Below, in pieces: positions 1 to 11,500 of a stretch of 64,000 nucleotides of DNA. A program made the translations under genes and the position numbers. This DNA comes from an uncultured archaeon (GTDB taxonomy: Archaea > Asgardarchaeota > Thorarchaeia > Thorarchaeales > Thorarchaeaceae), in contig CAZSWP010000014.1 of NCBI GenBank assembly GCA_964610875.1, positions 16,863 through 80,862 of the forward strand, given 5' to 3'. Numbering within the stretch: position 1 is the stretch's first letter; every line of letters starts with the position of its first letter. The notes under the pieces are model-generated. The model had not been told where the DNA came from and did not search any database. It worked only from the letters and a program-made list of their open reading frames with translations.

Positions 1-2
1 AC

Positions 3-1340
3 TATGGTGGAAAGCTTATCCTTGTTTTTGATGATACTATCGGCTCTGCAGAAAAACAAGTTGAACCTGAAGCATTTGACTTAATTCCTGAGGGTCTAGA
101 GTATCTTGGTGTAAAATGGCATGAAACTGTATACAAAAGCGATAGGATGGACCTGTTCTATGATTATGCTGTAGATTTAATCAAGAAAGAAGAAGCCTAT
201 GTTTGTGATTGCGATGCTGGAGTCTGGCGGAATAAACACAAAGTTTTGGGTATCCCTTGCAGTTGTCGGGGCCTGTCACTTGACGAGAACCTAGAACGAT
301 GGGAAAAAATGCTTGATGGTTCTTATGAAGAAAAAGAAGCTGCAGTTCGTTTGAAGACCGGAATGGATGACCCTGATCCAGCAATGAGAGACCATGTGAT
401 CCTTAGAATATCTGAGACCGATCATCCCCGCGTTGGCACGAAATATCGAGTATGGCCTCTCCTAGAGTATTCATGGGGTATTGATGACCATGAACTCGGT
501 GTGACACATATCATTCGAGGAAAGGACCTAGTTAAAGAAGGGAAGATTGAGCAACATATTTGGAATATTTATGAATGGAAACATCCTGAACTCATCTACT
601 ATGGTCGTCTTAAATTCCAAGATGCCACTCTTAGCAAAAGCAAGTCGCGGAAAGAAGTTATGTCCGGAATGTATTCTGGGTGGGAAGATCCACGTACATG
701 GAGTATACAGTCATTGGAACGAAGAGGTATCCATCCAGATGCTGTTAGAAAAGCCATGCTTGATTTGGGATTGAGCATTGTTGATATCTCAATATCCATG
801 AAGAGCGTCTACTCTGAGAATAGAAAGCTTCGAGATGCTGATGCAATTAGATTCTTCTTTGTTCAAAACCCTGTATGGGTTGAACCTACTGGACTTCCTG
901 AAGATGTATCTTCAGCTGAGGCTCCAATGCATCCGGACTTCCCAGAGAAAGGTGTTCGTACGATTCCATTGATTAGAGATAAAGGGTTTGAACTTGGAAT
1001 TGCAACTAGGGATTATGAGAGGATGGAGTTAGGATCACTATTCAGATTGAAGGACTTGGCTAATTTTACTCTTATTGGCAAAACACCTCCCAGACTTGAA
1101 TTCCACAGTTTGAGTGTGGATGACGTTAGAAACGCTGGAGGGTCTATTATCCATTGGGTGCCTAAACAAAATGGAGTTCCTATAGATCTTGTGCAAATTG
1201 ATGGCACTATCGAAACTGGAATTGGTGAACCCGCTTTAGCTGATGTTGCTGAGGGTACGTTCTTACAATTCGAGCGTGTTGGTTTTGCCAGAATCTTTGA
1301 AGTTGGGGATACTATCAAGGCAGCTTTTGCGCACAAATGA
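3..1340 (+). CDS. gltX: Glutamyl-tRNA synthetase, archaeal type (5'-truncated by the window edge)
   Basis: Open frame from nt 3 (YGGKLILVFDDT...). Zn-knuckle YVCDC..CSCR, GVTHIIRGKD, KMSKS-equivalent LSKS, GWEDPR, and C-terminal anticodon-binding beta-barrel motif QFERVGF. Confidence 0.96.
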   Translation, partial: YGGKLILVFDDTIGSAEKQVEPEAFDLIPEGLEYLGVKWHETVYKSDRMDLFYDYAVDLIKKEEAYVCDCDAGVWRNKHKVLGIPCSCRGLSLDENLERWEKMLDGSYEEKEAAVRLKTGMDDPDPAMRDHVILRISETDHPRVGTKYRVWPLLEYSWGIDDHELGVTHIIRGKDLVKEGKIEQHIWNIYEWKHPELIYYGRLKFQDATLSKSKSRKEVMSGMYSGWEDPRTWSIQSLERRGIHPDAVRKAMLDLGLSIVDISISMKSVYSENRKLRDADAIRFFFVQNPVWVEPTGLPEDVSSAEAPMHPDFPEKGVRTIPLIRDKGFELGIATRDYERMELGSLFRLKDLANFTLIGKTPPRLEFHSLSVDDVRNAGGSIIHWVPKQNGVPIDLVQIDGTIETGIGEPALADVAEGTFLQFERVGFARIFEVGDTIKAAFAHK

Positions 1341-1406
1341 TACCAGATAATTCACAGCCAAAGAGAACAAATAGTAGTTTGCTAACCCCCTTTTAGGGAT
1401 GTACTG

Positions 1407-2156
1407 ATGGCTAAGAAGAAGAAAAAAACACAATCTCTATCTAAAACGCTCTTCAAGACAACTGGCAAAGATACAAAGATGAAGATAGATGACAAGAAGA
1501 AGAAACTCTATTATTTCAAACCAAAAGTGGATGAGGAAAAAGCTAAGAAGCTTGGTTCTGTTGATGGTGCAGAAATAATGGGTGTTTCTGAGGATTCATT
1601 GAAAGTAAGCAAACCTTCACTAAAATACGATTTCTACTGTATATATGATGCGACCGTTTACATGAAGTTTGTTCGAGTTCGTGATCAGGAGATTGGCGTT
1701 CAAGAACAGCTATTGGGTGCAATGGTTGGGAAAGAGGTTTTCATGCCTAAGAAAGGCAAAGAAATTCCGGGAAAAGCAATTTTTCTTGAAATCACTGAGT
1801 TATTCGAAATTGAAAACAAGGCCGAATTCATCATTGATGGAAGCACTGGTTTTCCTGCGAGGACATTAGAAAAATTACTCAAAGGTCCGGGAAAGAAGAG
1901 AGCTACTCCTGCTTGGCTTCGAAAGGGTAAGATTACTTCTGGAAAATTGAACAGTGTCGAGAAGGTTGTGAAAGCTCTTGCCAAAGATGCAGGAAAAGCT
2001 CCGAAGGAAGCAAAACGTGTTGTGGAACATTCTTTGACATTCAATACATTGGATGGATTCTATGTCCCGACGTATTATGTAAACATCAGAGCTGGCGAAC
2101 AGAAGAAGACAATGCGAATCAATGCAATAGATGGTAATGTGGCTCTCAAGGTCTGA
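1407..2156 (+). CDS. Lysine-rich hypothetical protein
   Basis: 249-aa ORF with ATG start, very basic. Two weakly similar halves ending IIDGSTG and INAIDG. No family recognised. Confidence 0.75.
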   Translation: MAKKKKKTQSLSKTLFKTTGKDTKMKIDDKKKKLYYFKPKVDEEKAKKLGSVDGAEIMGVSEDSLKVSKPSLKYDFYCIYDATVYMKFVRVRDQEIGVQEQLLGAMVGKEVFMPKKGKEIPGKAIFLEITELFEIENKAEFIIDGSTGFPARTLEKLLKGPGKKRATPAWLRKGKITSGKLNSVEKVVKALAKDAGKAPKEAKRVVEHSLTFNTLDGFYVPTYYVNIRAGEQKKTMRINAIDGNVALKV

Positions 2157-2180
2157 GATTCCTCCTTGAGCTAGGATGGA

Positions 2181-3758
2181 CTAGTCATCAGTCCATCCCC
2201 AGCCCCCACCACCCGGTGTTTCAATTTTTACAATAGACCCCTTTAGGGTCTTCACAGTGGTTTTTGCTTCTAGTTTGAATTCACGATTATCATAGATTAA
2301 TAGGTTTCTTCCGGGTTTTCCTGGCATTCCTTCTTTCAAACCCCAAGGTGCTTTCTCTCGACGTTCAGATTGTATTGAAGCATAGCAATCATCTGACAAA
2401 ATTTGAATCTCTCTAATTATGCCATCACCGCCATACCATTTCCCTTTTCCTCCACTTGCTTTACGTATTGAATACTCTATTACCCTCAATGGATATTCTA
2501 TCTCGAGTGCTTCAATGGGAGTGTTCAGTGTGTTTGTCATATGACTATGTACACCCGCGGTCCCTGCATAGTTTTGCATTGCTCCAACACCACCCCCTAT
2601 TGTTTCATAGAAGGAAAATTGCTCTCCTGTTCCATGGTGTATTCCTCCAATAGTAAGGTTATTCATTGTTCCTTGACTGGCTGCAGGAATCTTCTCTGGA
2701 ATTATCTTTGCTAATGCTCCTAGAGTAGTGTCCACTATTCGCTGTGTTGTTTCAACATTACCTGCTGAAACCGCTGCTGGTGGGTTCGGGTTTAGGAGTG
2801 AACCAGGGGGAATATTGACACGTATTGCTCTCCAGCAACCTTCGTTTGATGGGATATCGTATCCAAAGAGTGCAATGAATACATAATATACAGCAGACAA
2901 TGAAGATGCTAATGGACAGTTAATATTTCCACTCACCTGTCTACTTGTACCTGAGAAGTCTACTTCCACACCATCTGATGTGAACTCCAAGCTGACCCTA
3001 ATTGGGATTTTCCACTCTCCTGCTCCATCGCTATCCATGATGTCTTCAAAAGATGCTTTTTCACCAACTAATGGGCTGACAGCATTCATCATCCTTTTTT
3101 CGGAATACATTATGAGATTCTGAAATGAGGTTTCAATGGTCTGCCATGAGTGGGCCTCTCCAATCTCAAGCAGATTTCTTCTTCCCACATTATTTGCAGC
3201 AATTTGTGCTGACAAGTCCCCCAATCTTTCTTTAGGTGTTCTAGTGGAATCCAAAAGGTCTACAATTGCTGATGTGTCCAAAATACCTTTTTTCACAACA
3301 ATCCTGGGTTCAATAATTACACCTTCTTCGTCAATTGAAAGTGAGAGTCCGGGCATGGACCCAGGGCTTATACCGCCTATATCTGCATGATGTGCCCTGT
3401 TGGCAGTAAATCCTCTCAACTTTCCATCTCGGAAAATTGGCGACACCAATGTTAGATCAGGCAAATGGGATCCTCCCGAATATGGGTCATTGACTAATGC
3501 CATAGTGCCTTCTCTAAGTTCAAGTCCCAATGTATTGATACAGCTCTTTACTGAGAGTGGCATTGCTCCAAGATGAACGGGAATGTCCTTGGATTGAGCA
3601 ATCAATTGTCCTTTTGAATCGAAGACTGCGCTGCTACAATCTCTTCTCTCTTTTATATTTGGACTGAATGCCGTTCTACGAAGAGCCTGACTCATCTCCC
3701 GGGCAACAGAGATGAGTGCATTCTTTATAACCTCAAATGTTACAGGGTCTTCAATCAT
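2181..3758 (-). CDS. Hydantoinase B / 5-oxoprolinase subunit B family protein
   Basis: Motifs RTAFSPNIKERRDCS, IPVHLG, NDPYSGGSHLPD, HHADIGG, SQGTMNN, HSHMTNT, ETPGGGGWG. Confidence 0.95.
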   Translation of the reverse strand: MIEDPVTFEVIKNALISVAREMSQALRRTAFSPNIKERRDCSSAVFDSKGQLIAQSKDIPVHLGAMPLSVKSCINTLGLELREGTMALVNDPYSGGSHLPDLTLVSPIFRDGKLRGFTANRAHHADIGGISPGSMPGLSLSIDEEGVIIEPRIVVKKGILDTSAIVDLLDSTRTPKERLGDLSAQIAANNVGRRNLLEIGEAHSWQTIETSFQNLIMYSEKRMMNAVSPLVGEKASFEDIMDSDGAGEWKIPIRVSLEFTSDGVEVDFSGTSRQVSGNINCPLASSLSAVYYVFIALFGYDIPSNEGCWRAIRVNIPPGSLLNPNPPAAVSAGNVETTQRIVDTTLGALAKIIPEKIPAASQGTMNNLTIGGIHHGTGEQFSFYETIGGGVGAMQNYAGTAGVHSHMTNTLNTPIEALEIEYPLRVIEYSIRKASGGKGKWYGGDGIIREIQILSDDCYASIQSERREKAPWGLKEGMPGKPGRNLLIYDNREFKLEAKTTVKTLKGSIVKIETPGGGGWGWTDD

Positions 3759-5781
3759 GAGAGAGCCTCCGTACCCAAATTCTTCCTCGTTTATTCTCCA
3801 TTACTTTCCAACCTGGTGAAACATAGGTTGTTGTGTCAATTTGTTCTATGATCAAAGGTCCATCGATTTCTGTATCGACCACGAACTCATCTCTTCTGTA
3901 TACAGGAACTTCAAGTCGTTCTCTGCTGTCGAGTACAATCTCTCTCCATGAATTCATCTTATCCTCTGATTTTAGTGCATGTTCTTCTCTCTGTACTCTT
4001 GCTTGTGATGATTTTGAAACAACTCGTGCAGTGACCCATTCAATCTCCTTATTCTCAAGGTGGTATCCATATGCTTTCTCGTGCTGATTTTCAAAAGCCA
4101 TCAATGATTTCATGATTCCATTTGAAATGTCTTTGATAGGTACTGCAATTTCATGTGACTGGCCCACATATCTCATGTCAATCCAGAGTTCATGAGAGAT
4201 TGTTCCTCCCTTACATCCTTGGTCCAATAGTCTCTGTGTATTCTCCTCCACAAGATTTTGTAAGACATCTACTGTCATCGTTTCATGGGATTGTGTTGCT
4301 TTTTCGATTATAGACAGCATAGAATCGACTCTTAAATCAGCACATACTAAACCCAATGCAGAAGTTATACCTGGATGCTTTGGAATGAGGATTGAATCGA
4401 TATCAAGCTGCTCAGCAATATCAACGGCTTGTGTCGGCCCAGCTCCTCCAAACGGAATGAGAACAAACTCTCTTGGGTCTCTGCCTCTTTCAACGGTGAC
4501 TTCTCGGATAGCTTGTACCATGTTCGATGTTGAGATACGAATGATTCCCAGAGCAGTTTCATCTAGATTAAGACTCAAATTTGAACCTATTCTCTTGATA
4601 GATTTCTCTGCTAGTCCATAGTCGAGCTTTAGTCTTCCGCCTACGAAATATTCTGGGTTCAAACGACCAAGCACTAGATTTGCATCAGTAACAGTGGCTT
4701 CATCGCCTCCTTGTGAATAAGCTGCTGGTCCCGGAATCGCACCTGCACTTTGAGGGCCAACATGGAGAATCCCAACATCATCTATCCAAGCGATACTTCC
4801 TCCACCTGCTCCTATGGTCTTTACATCCACTGATGGAATCCTTAGAGGGAGTCCCCCAATCTCATTGTCTGGTCGGACAACAATCCCCCCTGATAATGCG
4901 CTAATATCACAACTTGTTCCCCCCATGTCGAACGTAATAGCATTATGTACTTCTTCCCGTTCTGCAACATACCATCCTCCAATCACTCCTCCAGCTAGAC
5001 CGGAAATTGCCAAACCCACTGCATGCCCTTCTGCCATTGAACATAGCATAGTTCCTCCATTTGACTGCATGACAGTGACTTGTGCATTCCTACAGTAATT
5101 TGATAATGTTCTCTGTAAGTTTTCGAGGTATCCGACCACCAATGGACCAAGATAGGCTTCTAACACTGTAGTCGAGGTTCTTTCAAATTCCCTGAACTCT
5201 GGGAGTATATCTGAAGAAGCAACTACATAGCTATCAAATTCATCATTGAGAGATTTTAGAATTTTCTTTTCATGATTAGGATTCAAAAATGAGAAGAGTA
5301 GTGAAATTGCCACAGCTTCTGGTTTTTGCTTGCGTAGAGATTCAATGATTTTGTCTACATCCTCATTACTTAATTCCTGAATTACAGAACCCGTTGAGTC
5401 CAGACGTTCCTTTATTCCAAATCGAAGGTTTCTCGGCACGAGCGGTTCAGGTTTCCGAGCTAAGAAGTCGTAGATCTCTGTTCTATTCTGCCTTCCAATC
5501 TCTAAGACATCTTCAGTGCCCTTGGTAGCGATGAGGCAAGTCCGTGCACCTTTTCTTTCAAGCATCGCATTTGTGGCTACCGTAGTTCCATGAACAATGA
5601 GATTAATTTCATCAGGGTGGACCTTTTCTCTTGATAGAACTTCTTTGATACCTTCCACTACTGCAATGTCCTGTGAACCTGGTGTTGAAGGCAGTTTATG
5701 AATCTTTGAAATTCCTGTTTCTATATCAAGCACTATTATGTCAGTAAAAGTGGATCCAACATCGATTCCTACTACTTTCAT
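3751..5781 (-). CDS. Hydantoinase A / 5-oxoprolinase subunit A family protein
   Basis: GIDVGSTFTD, HGTTVATNA, DMGGTSCD, IGAGGGSIA, GPQSAGA, FGGAGP, DMRYVGQSHE. Overlaps the B-subunit gene. Confidence 0.95.
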   Translation of the reverse strand: MKVVGIDVGSTFTDIIVLDIETGISKIHKLPSTPGSQDIAVVEGIKEVLSREKVHPDEINLIVHGTTVATNAMLERKGARTCLIATKGTEDVLEIGRQNRTEIYDFLARKPEPLVPRNLRFGIKERLDSTGSVIQELSNEDVDKIIESLRKQKPEAVAISLLFSFLNPNHEKKILKSLNDEFDSYVVASSDILPEFREFERTSTTVLEAYLGPLVVGYLENLQRTLSNYCRNAQVTVMQSNGGTMLCSMAEGHAVGLAISGLAGGVIGGWYVAEREEVHNAITFDMGGTSCDISALSGGIVVRPDNEIGGLPLRIPSVDVKTIGAGGGSIAWIDDVGILHVGPQSAGAIPGPAAYSQGGDEATVTDANLVLGRLNPEYFVGGRLKLDYGLAEKSIKRIGSNLSLNLDETALGIIRISTSNMVQAIREVTVERGRDPREFVLIPFGGAGPTQAVDIAEQLDIDSILIPKHPGITSALGLVCADLRVDSMLSIIEKATQSHETMTVDVLQNLVEENTQRLLDQGCKGGTISHELWIDMRYVGQSHEIAVPIKDISNGIMKSLMAFENQHEKAYGYHLENKEIEWVTARVVSKSSQARVQREEHALKSEDKMNSWREIVLDSRERLEVPVYRRDEFVVDTEIDGPLIIEQIDTTTYVSPGWKVMENKRGRIWVRRLSHD

Positions 5782-5913
5782 TTTCAATTTCTGGAGTTCA
5801 CACAGCTAGATATGAAGCCTTGGGCAAGGTAAGCTGTTATCTATATACATAACTGTCCTATTACATAATTGTTAATTGGAAAGAATCTTGTTCTGGAAAC
5901 CTGAGGTCTGAAA

Positions 5914-7092
5914 ATGGAACCACGTTTCTCATCAGTTCTTGTTCGCTTTGGAGAGATAGCTCTGAAGTCCAATCAGACAAGACTGCGAATGACAAAGATG
6001 TTGGTTGATAATATCAACGCTGCGCTAACAAAACGTGGTATCCCTTTTGATAGAATACGACGTGATTTTGGCAGAATCTTTGTTGAAACGGATTCGGTTG
6101 ATGATGCAGTAGAAGTCATTGCTACCGTTTTTGGTGTTGTATCATGCTCACCTGTTGTTGAAACAAATAGTGATTTTGATAATATCATCAATATTGGTCT
6201 AGCCATCGCAAAAGGGGAGTTTCAAAGAGACCTTAGCTTCGCAGTCGGAGCCAGACGTTATGGTAAGCAGGATTACTCTAGTCAAGATATTCGTGAGCAA
6301 CTTGGTGCAGCAATTCTTGAAGAACTCTCTACACATAATTTGAGTGTCAATCTTGACGGTCCTGACCAGAGTATCTATGTAGAAGTAAGAAAAGAAAAGG
6401 CGTACATATTCACAAAGACAGTTGATGGATTTGGTGGAATGCCCACAGGCACGCAGGGGAAGGTTGTCTGTACAATCTCCACTGGTCTTGACAGTCCTGT
6501 TGCTGCCTTCAAAGTTATGAAACGTGGATGTATTCCAATTCTCGTTTATTTTGATAACACTCCTCATGCTGAAGGTGGTTGTGAAGAACGAGCCTTGAAA
6601 CAAGCTCAGAAGTTGGCTGAATATATTCCAAACCATGAAGTGAAGTTCTATATTGTTCCTCATGGTCCAGATCTAAATGACATCGTCGAAAACATACCAG
6701 AGAAAATGACATGTGTTTTTTGCAAGCGAAATATGCTAAAACTAGCCCGTGAAATTGCACTCATTGAAGGAGCCGATGCTATTGTCACAGGGGAGATAAT
6801 TGGCGAACAAGCATCACAGACAACACAAAATCTTCGAGCTATTGGAAATGCAGTGTGTGATATTCCTGTGCTTCGACCACTTGCTGGCGATGATAAGGTC
6901 GACATCGAACATCTCGCTTCCAAAATTGGGACTTACCAGTTTGCTTCAGATGCCCCAACATGTTGTTCCTTGCCTCCTAAGTATCCGATAATTCGCGCTG
7001 ATTATAAAGAAGTAATTGATTTGGATAGTAAATTAGATATTAGCATAATCTCTGAAGAGGTTAAGAACTCGAAAATCTACATTCTAGACTGA
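5914..7092 (+). CDS. thiI: tRNA 4-thiouridine synthase ThiI (no rhodanese domain; Cys-cluster type)
   Basis: RFGEIALKS N-terminus, THUMP domain, PP-loop STGLDS, GE..GEQASQT, RPL, plus CVFC and TCC cysteines. Confidence 0.93.
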   Translation: MEPRFSSVLVRFGEIALKSNQTRLRMTKMLVDNINAALTKRGIPFDRIRRDFGRIFVETDSVDDAVEVIATVFGVVSCSPVVETNSDFDNIINIGLAIAKGEFQRDLSFAVGARRYGKQDYSSQDIREQLGAAILEELSTHNLSVNLDGPDQSIYVEVRKEKAYIFTKTVDGFGGMPTGTQGKVVCTISTGLDSPVAAFKVMKRGCIPILVYFDNTPHAEGGCEERALKQAQKLAEYIPNHEVKFYIVPHGPDLNDIVENIPEKMTCVFCKRNMLKLAREIALIEGADAIVTGEIIGEQASQTTQNLRAIGNAVCDIPVLRPLAGDDKVDIEHLASKIGTYQFASDAPTCCSLPPKYPIIRADYKEVIDLDSKLDISIISEEVKNSKIYILD

Positions 7093-7141
7093 ATTAGTAT
7101 AGAAGAAATCTTATCAGGATTTTAACACGTTTATCTGTTTC

Positions 7142-7159
7142 AATAAAAGCCTTTAAATA
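7142..7159 (+). promoter_or_regulatory. BRE plus TATA box upstream of the histone gene
   Basis: Purine-rich AATAAAAG followed by TTTAAATA (7152-7159). GAGGTG Shine-Dalgarno precedes the TTG at 7221. Confidence 0.6.
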
Positions 7160-7220
7160 CCTCTTTGACTCGATTGACAGTTATACGGGGTTTTTAAAAG
7201 CCCTGAGAGGTGTAATATAT

Positions 7221-7457
7221 TTGCCACGTTCTAGAAAGGACAGAATTATCCCAGTAGCTCCGATTGACCGACTTATCAGAAAAGCTGGAGCGGATCGAGT
7301 AAGTGACAAAGGTGCTGAAAGGTTAGCTCAGATTCTCGAAGAGATTGGAGAATTTCTTGCCAAAATTGCTTTTGAACTGACAGAACACACTGGAAGAAAG
7401 ACCATTACTGACAAGGATATTGACTTGGCATACAAACAGTGGAAACGAACTATGTAA
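7221..7457 (+). CDS. Archaeal histone (HMf/H3-H4 fold) with short basic N-terminal extension
   Basis: IPVAPIDRLIRKAGADRVS...HTGRKTITDKDIDLA histone-fold signature; SD GAGGTG before a TTG start. Confidence 0.95.
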   Translation: MPRSRKDRIIPVAPIDRLIRKAGADRVSDKGAERLAQILEEIGEFLAKIAFELTEHTGRKTITDKDIDLAYKQWKRTM

Positions 7458-7539
7458 TTCGTTTCTGAAAACAATGCAATCTGCGGTGCATATATTACTC
7501 GGTAGTTTAATTCAGGGATGTTAGGAGTGACTATCTCAT

Positions 7540-8223
7540 TTGTGTGCTAATAGAGTAAGAGATGGAGTAGTACTCATCTCTGTGCATGACATCATACCAT
7601 CTGCTGAGAATGATGTTGTGAGTACTCTTGACTGGTTGCAGGAAATTGGGATTGCAAATCCGACACTTCTAATCACACCATTTCATTCAATGAAATCTGC
7701 AAATAGTTTTGAGAAATGTCCTCTGTTCATAGAGTATCTTCTATCCTTGAGAAATGAGATTTCTTTACACGGCTATTCTCACCAAACAAAGTCTGGTTCA
7801 CCAGCAGAATTTCAACGAATGCCACGAGAACGAATGCAATCTAGATTACTTCTTGGAATCACATTGATGAAAAAGTACTTCAAAATACGACCTTATGGGT
7901 TTATACCTCCAATGTGGTTAGCACCTAAAGGACTGGCAAAAATTTTTGAAGAACTTGGAATGAAATATATTGCAATAGGCAGTGAGATCCACTTTGCTGG
8001 CGCATCAGCTCCGCTAAGTGCTTCGTCCTTGATTATCAGTCAAGGTGTCAACCGTCTGAATTTATCCGATGTCACGCTTGAATTAGAACTCGGTGGATCA
8101 ATACAATTGGCTATCCATCCCTTAGACCATAGGTCGGACAAGATGAGATCCTTCGTTCACGACCTTATTGATAGATTAGACTATGAATTCATGCCCTATG
8201 GGCAGTACCTCAAAATTCATTGA
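7540..8223 (+). CDS. Polysaccharide deacetylase-like protein (DUF2334/NodB family)
   Basis: ISVHDI, EISLHGYSH, AEF, GFIPPMW, LAIHP motifs. Confidence 0.8.
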   Translation: MCANRVRDGVVLISVHDIIPSAENDVVSTLDWLQEIGIANPTLLITPFHSMKSANSFEKCPLFIEYLLSLRNEISLHGYSHQTKSGSPAEFQRMPRERMQSRLLLGITLMKKYFKIRPYGFIPPMWLAPKGLAKIFEELGMKYIAIGSEIHFAGASAPLSASSLIISQGVNRLNLSDVTLELELGGSIQLAIHPLDHRSDKMRSFVHDLIDRLDYEFMPYGQYLKIH

Positions 8224-8551
8224 AGCAATTTCGGCTTGCTCATTAATAACTAGTAAAACTATCCGCAGGTATGTACAACGTATGTATATCTATTGTTTTG
8301 TTTCGATTGCTTTCTGGTTGCTTGAGTAGTTAGTCTCAGGTCTCTTATGTGAATGGAGAATGTGGTGTATTGTTAGTAATTCATACATGTTCCAAAAAAT
8401 CGGCAGCTCTGTCAACACATAGAAAGAGTCTGCCCAACAATGATTATTATACACTCCCTATCACTTTCACTACTAGACGTGAGACCATATCTTACACCAC
8501 TTGTGTGTTGAGGAAAGGTTCGCAACCAGAAATGTATCGAGGTCAGTCCAA

Positions 8552-11500
8552 ATGAAACGACTCAGTATTATTGCTGTACTATTCATACTTGCATTCATGC
8601 TTCCAATGACAACAACGCTACCTGTTGTTACAAATAATCCAAATCAAGAAACAATTACTGAACAAGATGACATGAAAAGCAGGTATGCCGTTTCTGACAT
8701 ATCCTCTGGAGGAGGTATGACTCTACCTGTCACAATGACGGGTACGTTGACCAATACATATGATGGCCAAATGGTCATTGATTCATCAGATTCAGGTGAA
8801 ACTACAATAACAACGACTGATGGCTGGACTGGTTCAAATCTCGATTCTAGTATTAATGACCTTTCGCTGACAATTGATAATACTCTAGAGAATGGTAAAC
8901 TCGATGATTATCATAATGAGAAATGGCTCATTAGCGGCTATGAAAGCGAAGATGTGGGAGTTCCCAATTCATGGACGCTGACCAAAGACATCTCAGGTGG
9001 CGGTTCAACACATCCGCATTACGGAACATTTGAACTAAACCGTTTTGCTGGCTCAGGCTATCAGAATTCAGAAGGGTGGCGTTTTGATGCGGATTGGAGT
9101 AGTGGAACAAATATTGGCGCAGGGGATACTATCTACATTAGCCAGATGGTTTCTTTGCCATATAGAGACATCCAATCTGCAACACTCTCATTTTACTATA
9201 ACGTTGATTCAGCATCCTCAATGCGTGATGACGTGTTTGTATTCGTAAGAATTGCAGGATATGAAACCGAGTTTCATGTATTCGAGTCTGGGGATACAAC
9301 CAGTTCTTGGTTACAGACATCTGTTTCACTGACCAGCGGACAACTAAACACAATTTCTCTTCCTGATTCTGTTCTTGTAGAGATTGGAATTGCTACTGAC
9401 CTCTCTGGCTTTCAATCAAATTCTCGCACCTACCATGTGTATCTTGATGAAATCCAGCTTTCGACAGATGTACGTCCATTCCCCGAGCAGGTAGGATTGA
9501 AAGCAAATGGGACATTGGTGCAAGGAGCAATTGAAGGCAGTATCTACAATTATGTTCCAGATGATTCAAATCGGGATGCCTACGATGATAATACCAATGG
9601 AATAGATCTCAACGGATACAACAATAATGGTCAGTTGGATGTTGGGATTTGGAGTAATGATGGAACTTGGCCAAATGCTTTTACATTTCAAGTCGGTATG
9701 CAGTTTCCTCTCACAATCCCACAAGGTGCTGCAATTACTTCTGCTTGGGTTGAAGTTGAAGCGGCAACTTCCTCAAATACTCCTGATATGCGTATCTATA
9801 TTGCTGGAGAGGATACATCATCTCAACCTATTACTAATTTCACATCAGGTACACCTCATATGGAAGACAGATACAATTGGGTCGACACAAGTATTGATTG
9901 GGATGTTTCTGGATGGACTTCTCCTGTCACGATTCGTCAAAAGACTCCAGATCTATCAGGTCTGATTCAAGAGATAGTGTCATCTAGCTCTTGGAATGAA
10001 ACGTATTATGTCTGTGTGATGCTTGATTACATGTATTCATCAAGCAATCAAGCCTACAATACAATCAAAGGCTCATCAAATTATGCACAGAATGAACTCG
10101 CACGTCTCTTTGTGGAGTATATGATCCCTCTCCCTGAGGATGAAGTAACAACATTTGCATATGAAAAGGATATAACAATCGACCAGTCGATGGTCGCCGG
10201 TCCTCTAACTGATTTTCCTGTGATGATTAATATAACCGATAGCGACCTAAAATCCAAAGCACAATCTGATGGAGATGATATTGCATTCAGTATCGATGGA
10301 AAAGCAGTCGATTTCGAAATTGAATACTATGACCCCGAATATAGCGTATCTGAAGCTCACCTAGTCGCGTGGGTAAAAGTACCATATCTCTCAAGTTCGA
10401 GTGATACAATAATTACGATGCATTATGGAAATCCTGATGCTCGACCTATGAGTTCAACGGCCGTTTGGGATGGCTATGAAACCGTACACCATCTCAATCA
10501 CGATCCGACGGGTGTTACTTACGATAGTACTGCAAACAATCATGATGGTACATCTTATGGCTCGATGACGAGTGATGATTTAACTACTGGATTGGTTGAT
10601 GGTGCAGTTGATTTTGATGGAAGCGATGATGTAATTAGCATAGGTCAAATAGAAACTGATTCGTGGAATTCATTTACTCAGAGTATCTGGGTATACAGAG
10701 ATACTGCAACTGACTGTCGTGTCTTTTCAAAATCTTATACTACATCAGCAAATCAACACATTCTCTCGACTCGTATAGATACAAATAATGTTCTTACTGT
10801 TCGACTATGGACTGACGGAACTGGTGGTTCTGGAGCGTCTTACAGTACTGGTGCTACTGTTTCATTGAATCAATGGCACCATATAGTCTGGTCTTGGGAT
10901 GCTTCTACTGGTAATGTTATTGTATACGTAGATGGTAATCTTGCATATAGCACGACTCATGATGGAGATACGATTTATAATGCAGATGAGATGTTCACGA
11001 TTGGTAATGTATATGTTGAAGCAGCTAGGAATACCAATGGCACGCTTGATGAGGTGAGGTTGACCCAGAGTGTATTAACTGAAGATTGGATTGATACTGA
11101 GTATAACAACCATTTGAATCCATCATCCTACATATCTGTTGGTTCTGAGAGGTCTGTTCGTGATACCTGGAGTGATGATGATCAAGCAAAACTTGTGATG
11201 AGCACAACCTCTCCTGACCCTGTAACACTTGACATAATGATGACTATGGATATAGAGGGTTCAGGTCAATCCCTCGATGAGAATATGGAACCCGGTTCAA
11301 CTTACTACATGACAAATGGTAGTGCCATTGTTGATTGGGTGGCGCATGTCCTCATTTCACCTCCTGCTGAAGCAACTTCAATGATGGCTGAAATTGCGTA
11401 CCCAATGACTGAGTGGAACCCCACTAAAATTCTCGACCCCTTGAGCATCGAGCTCACATACGGAACTGATTGGACATTCGATGGTGGTATCATAAGCATC

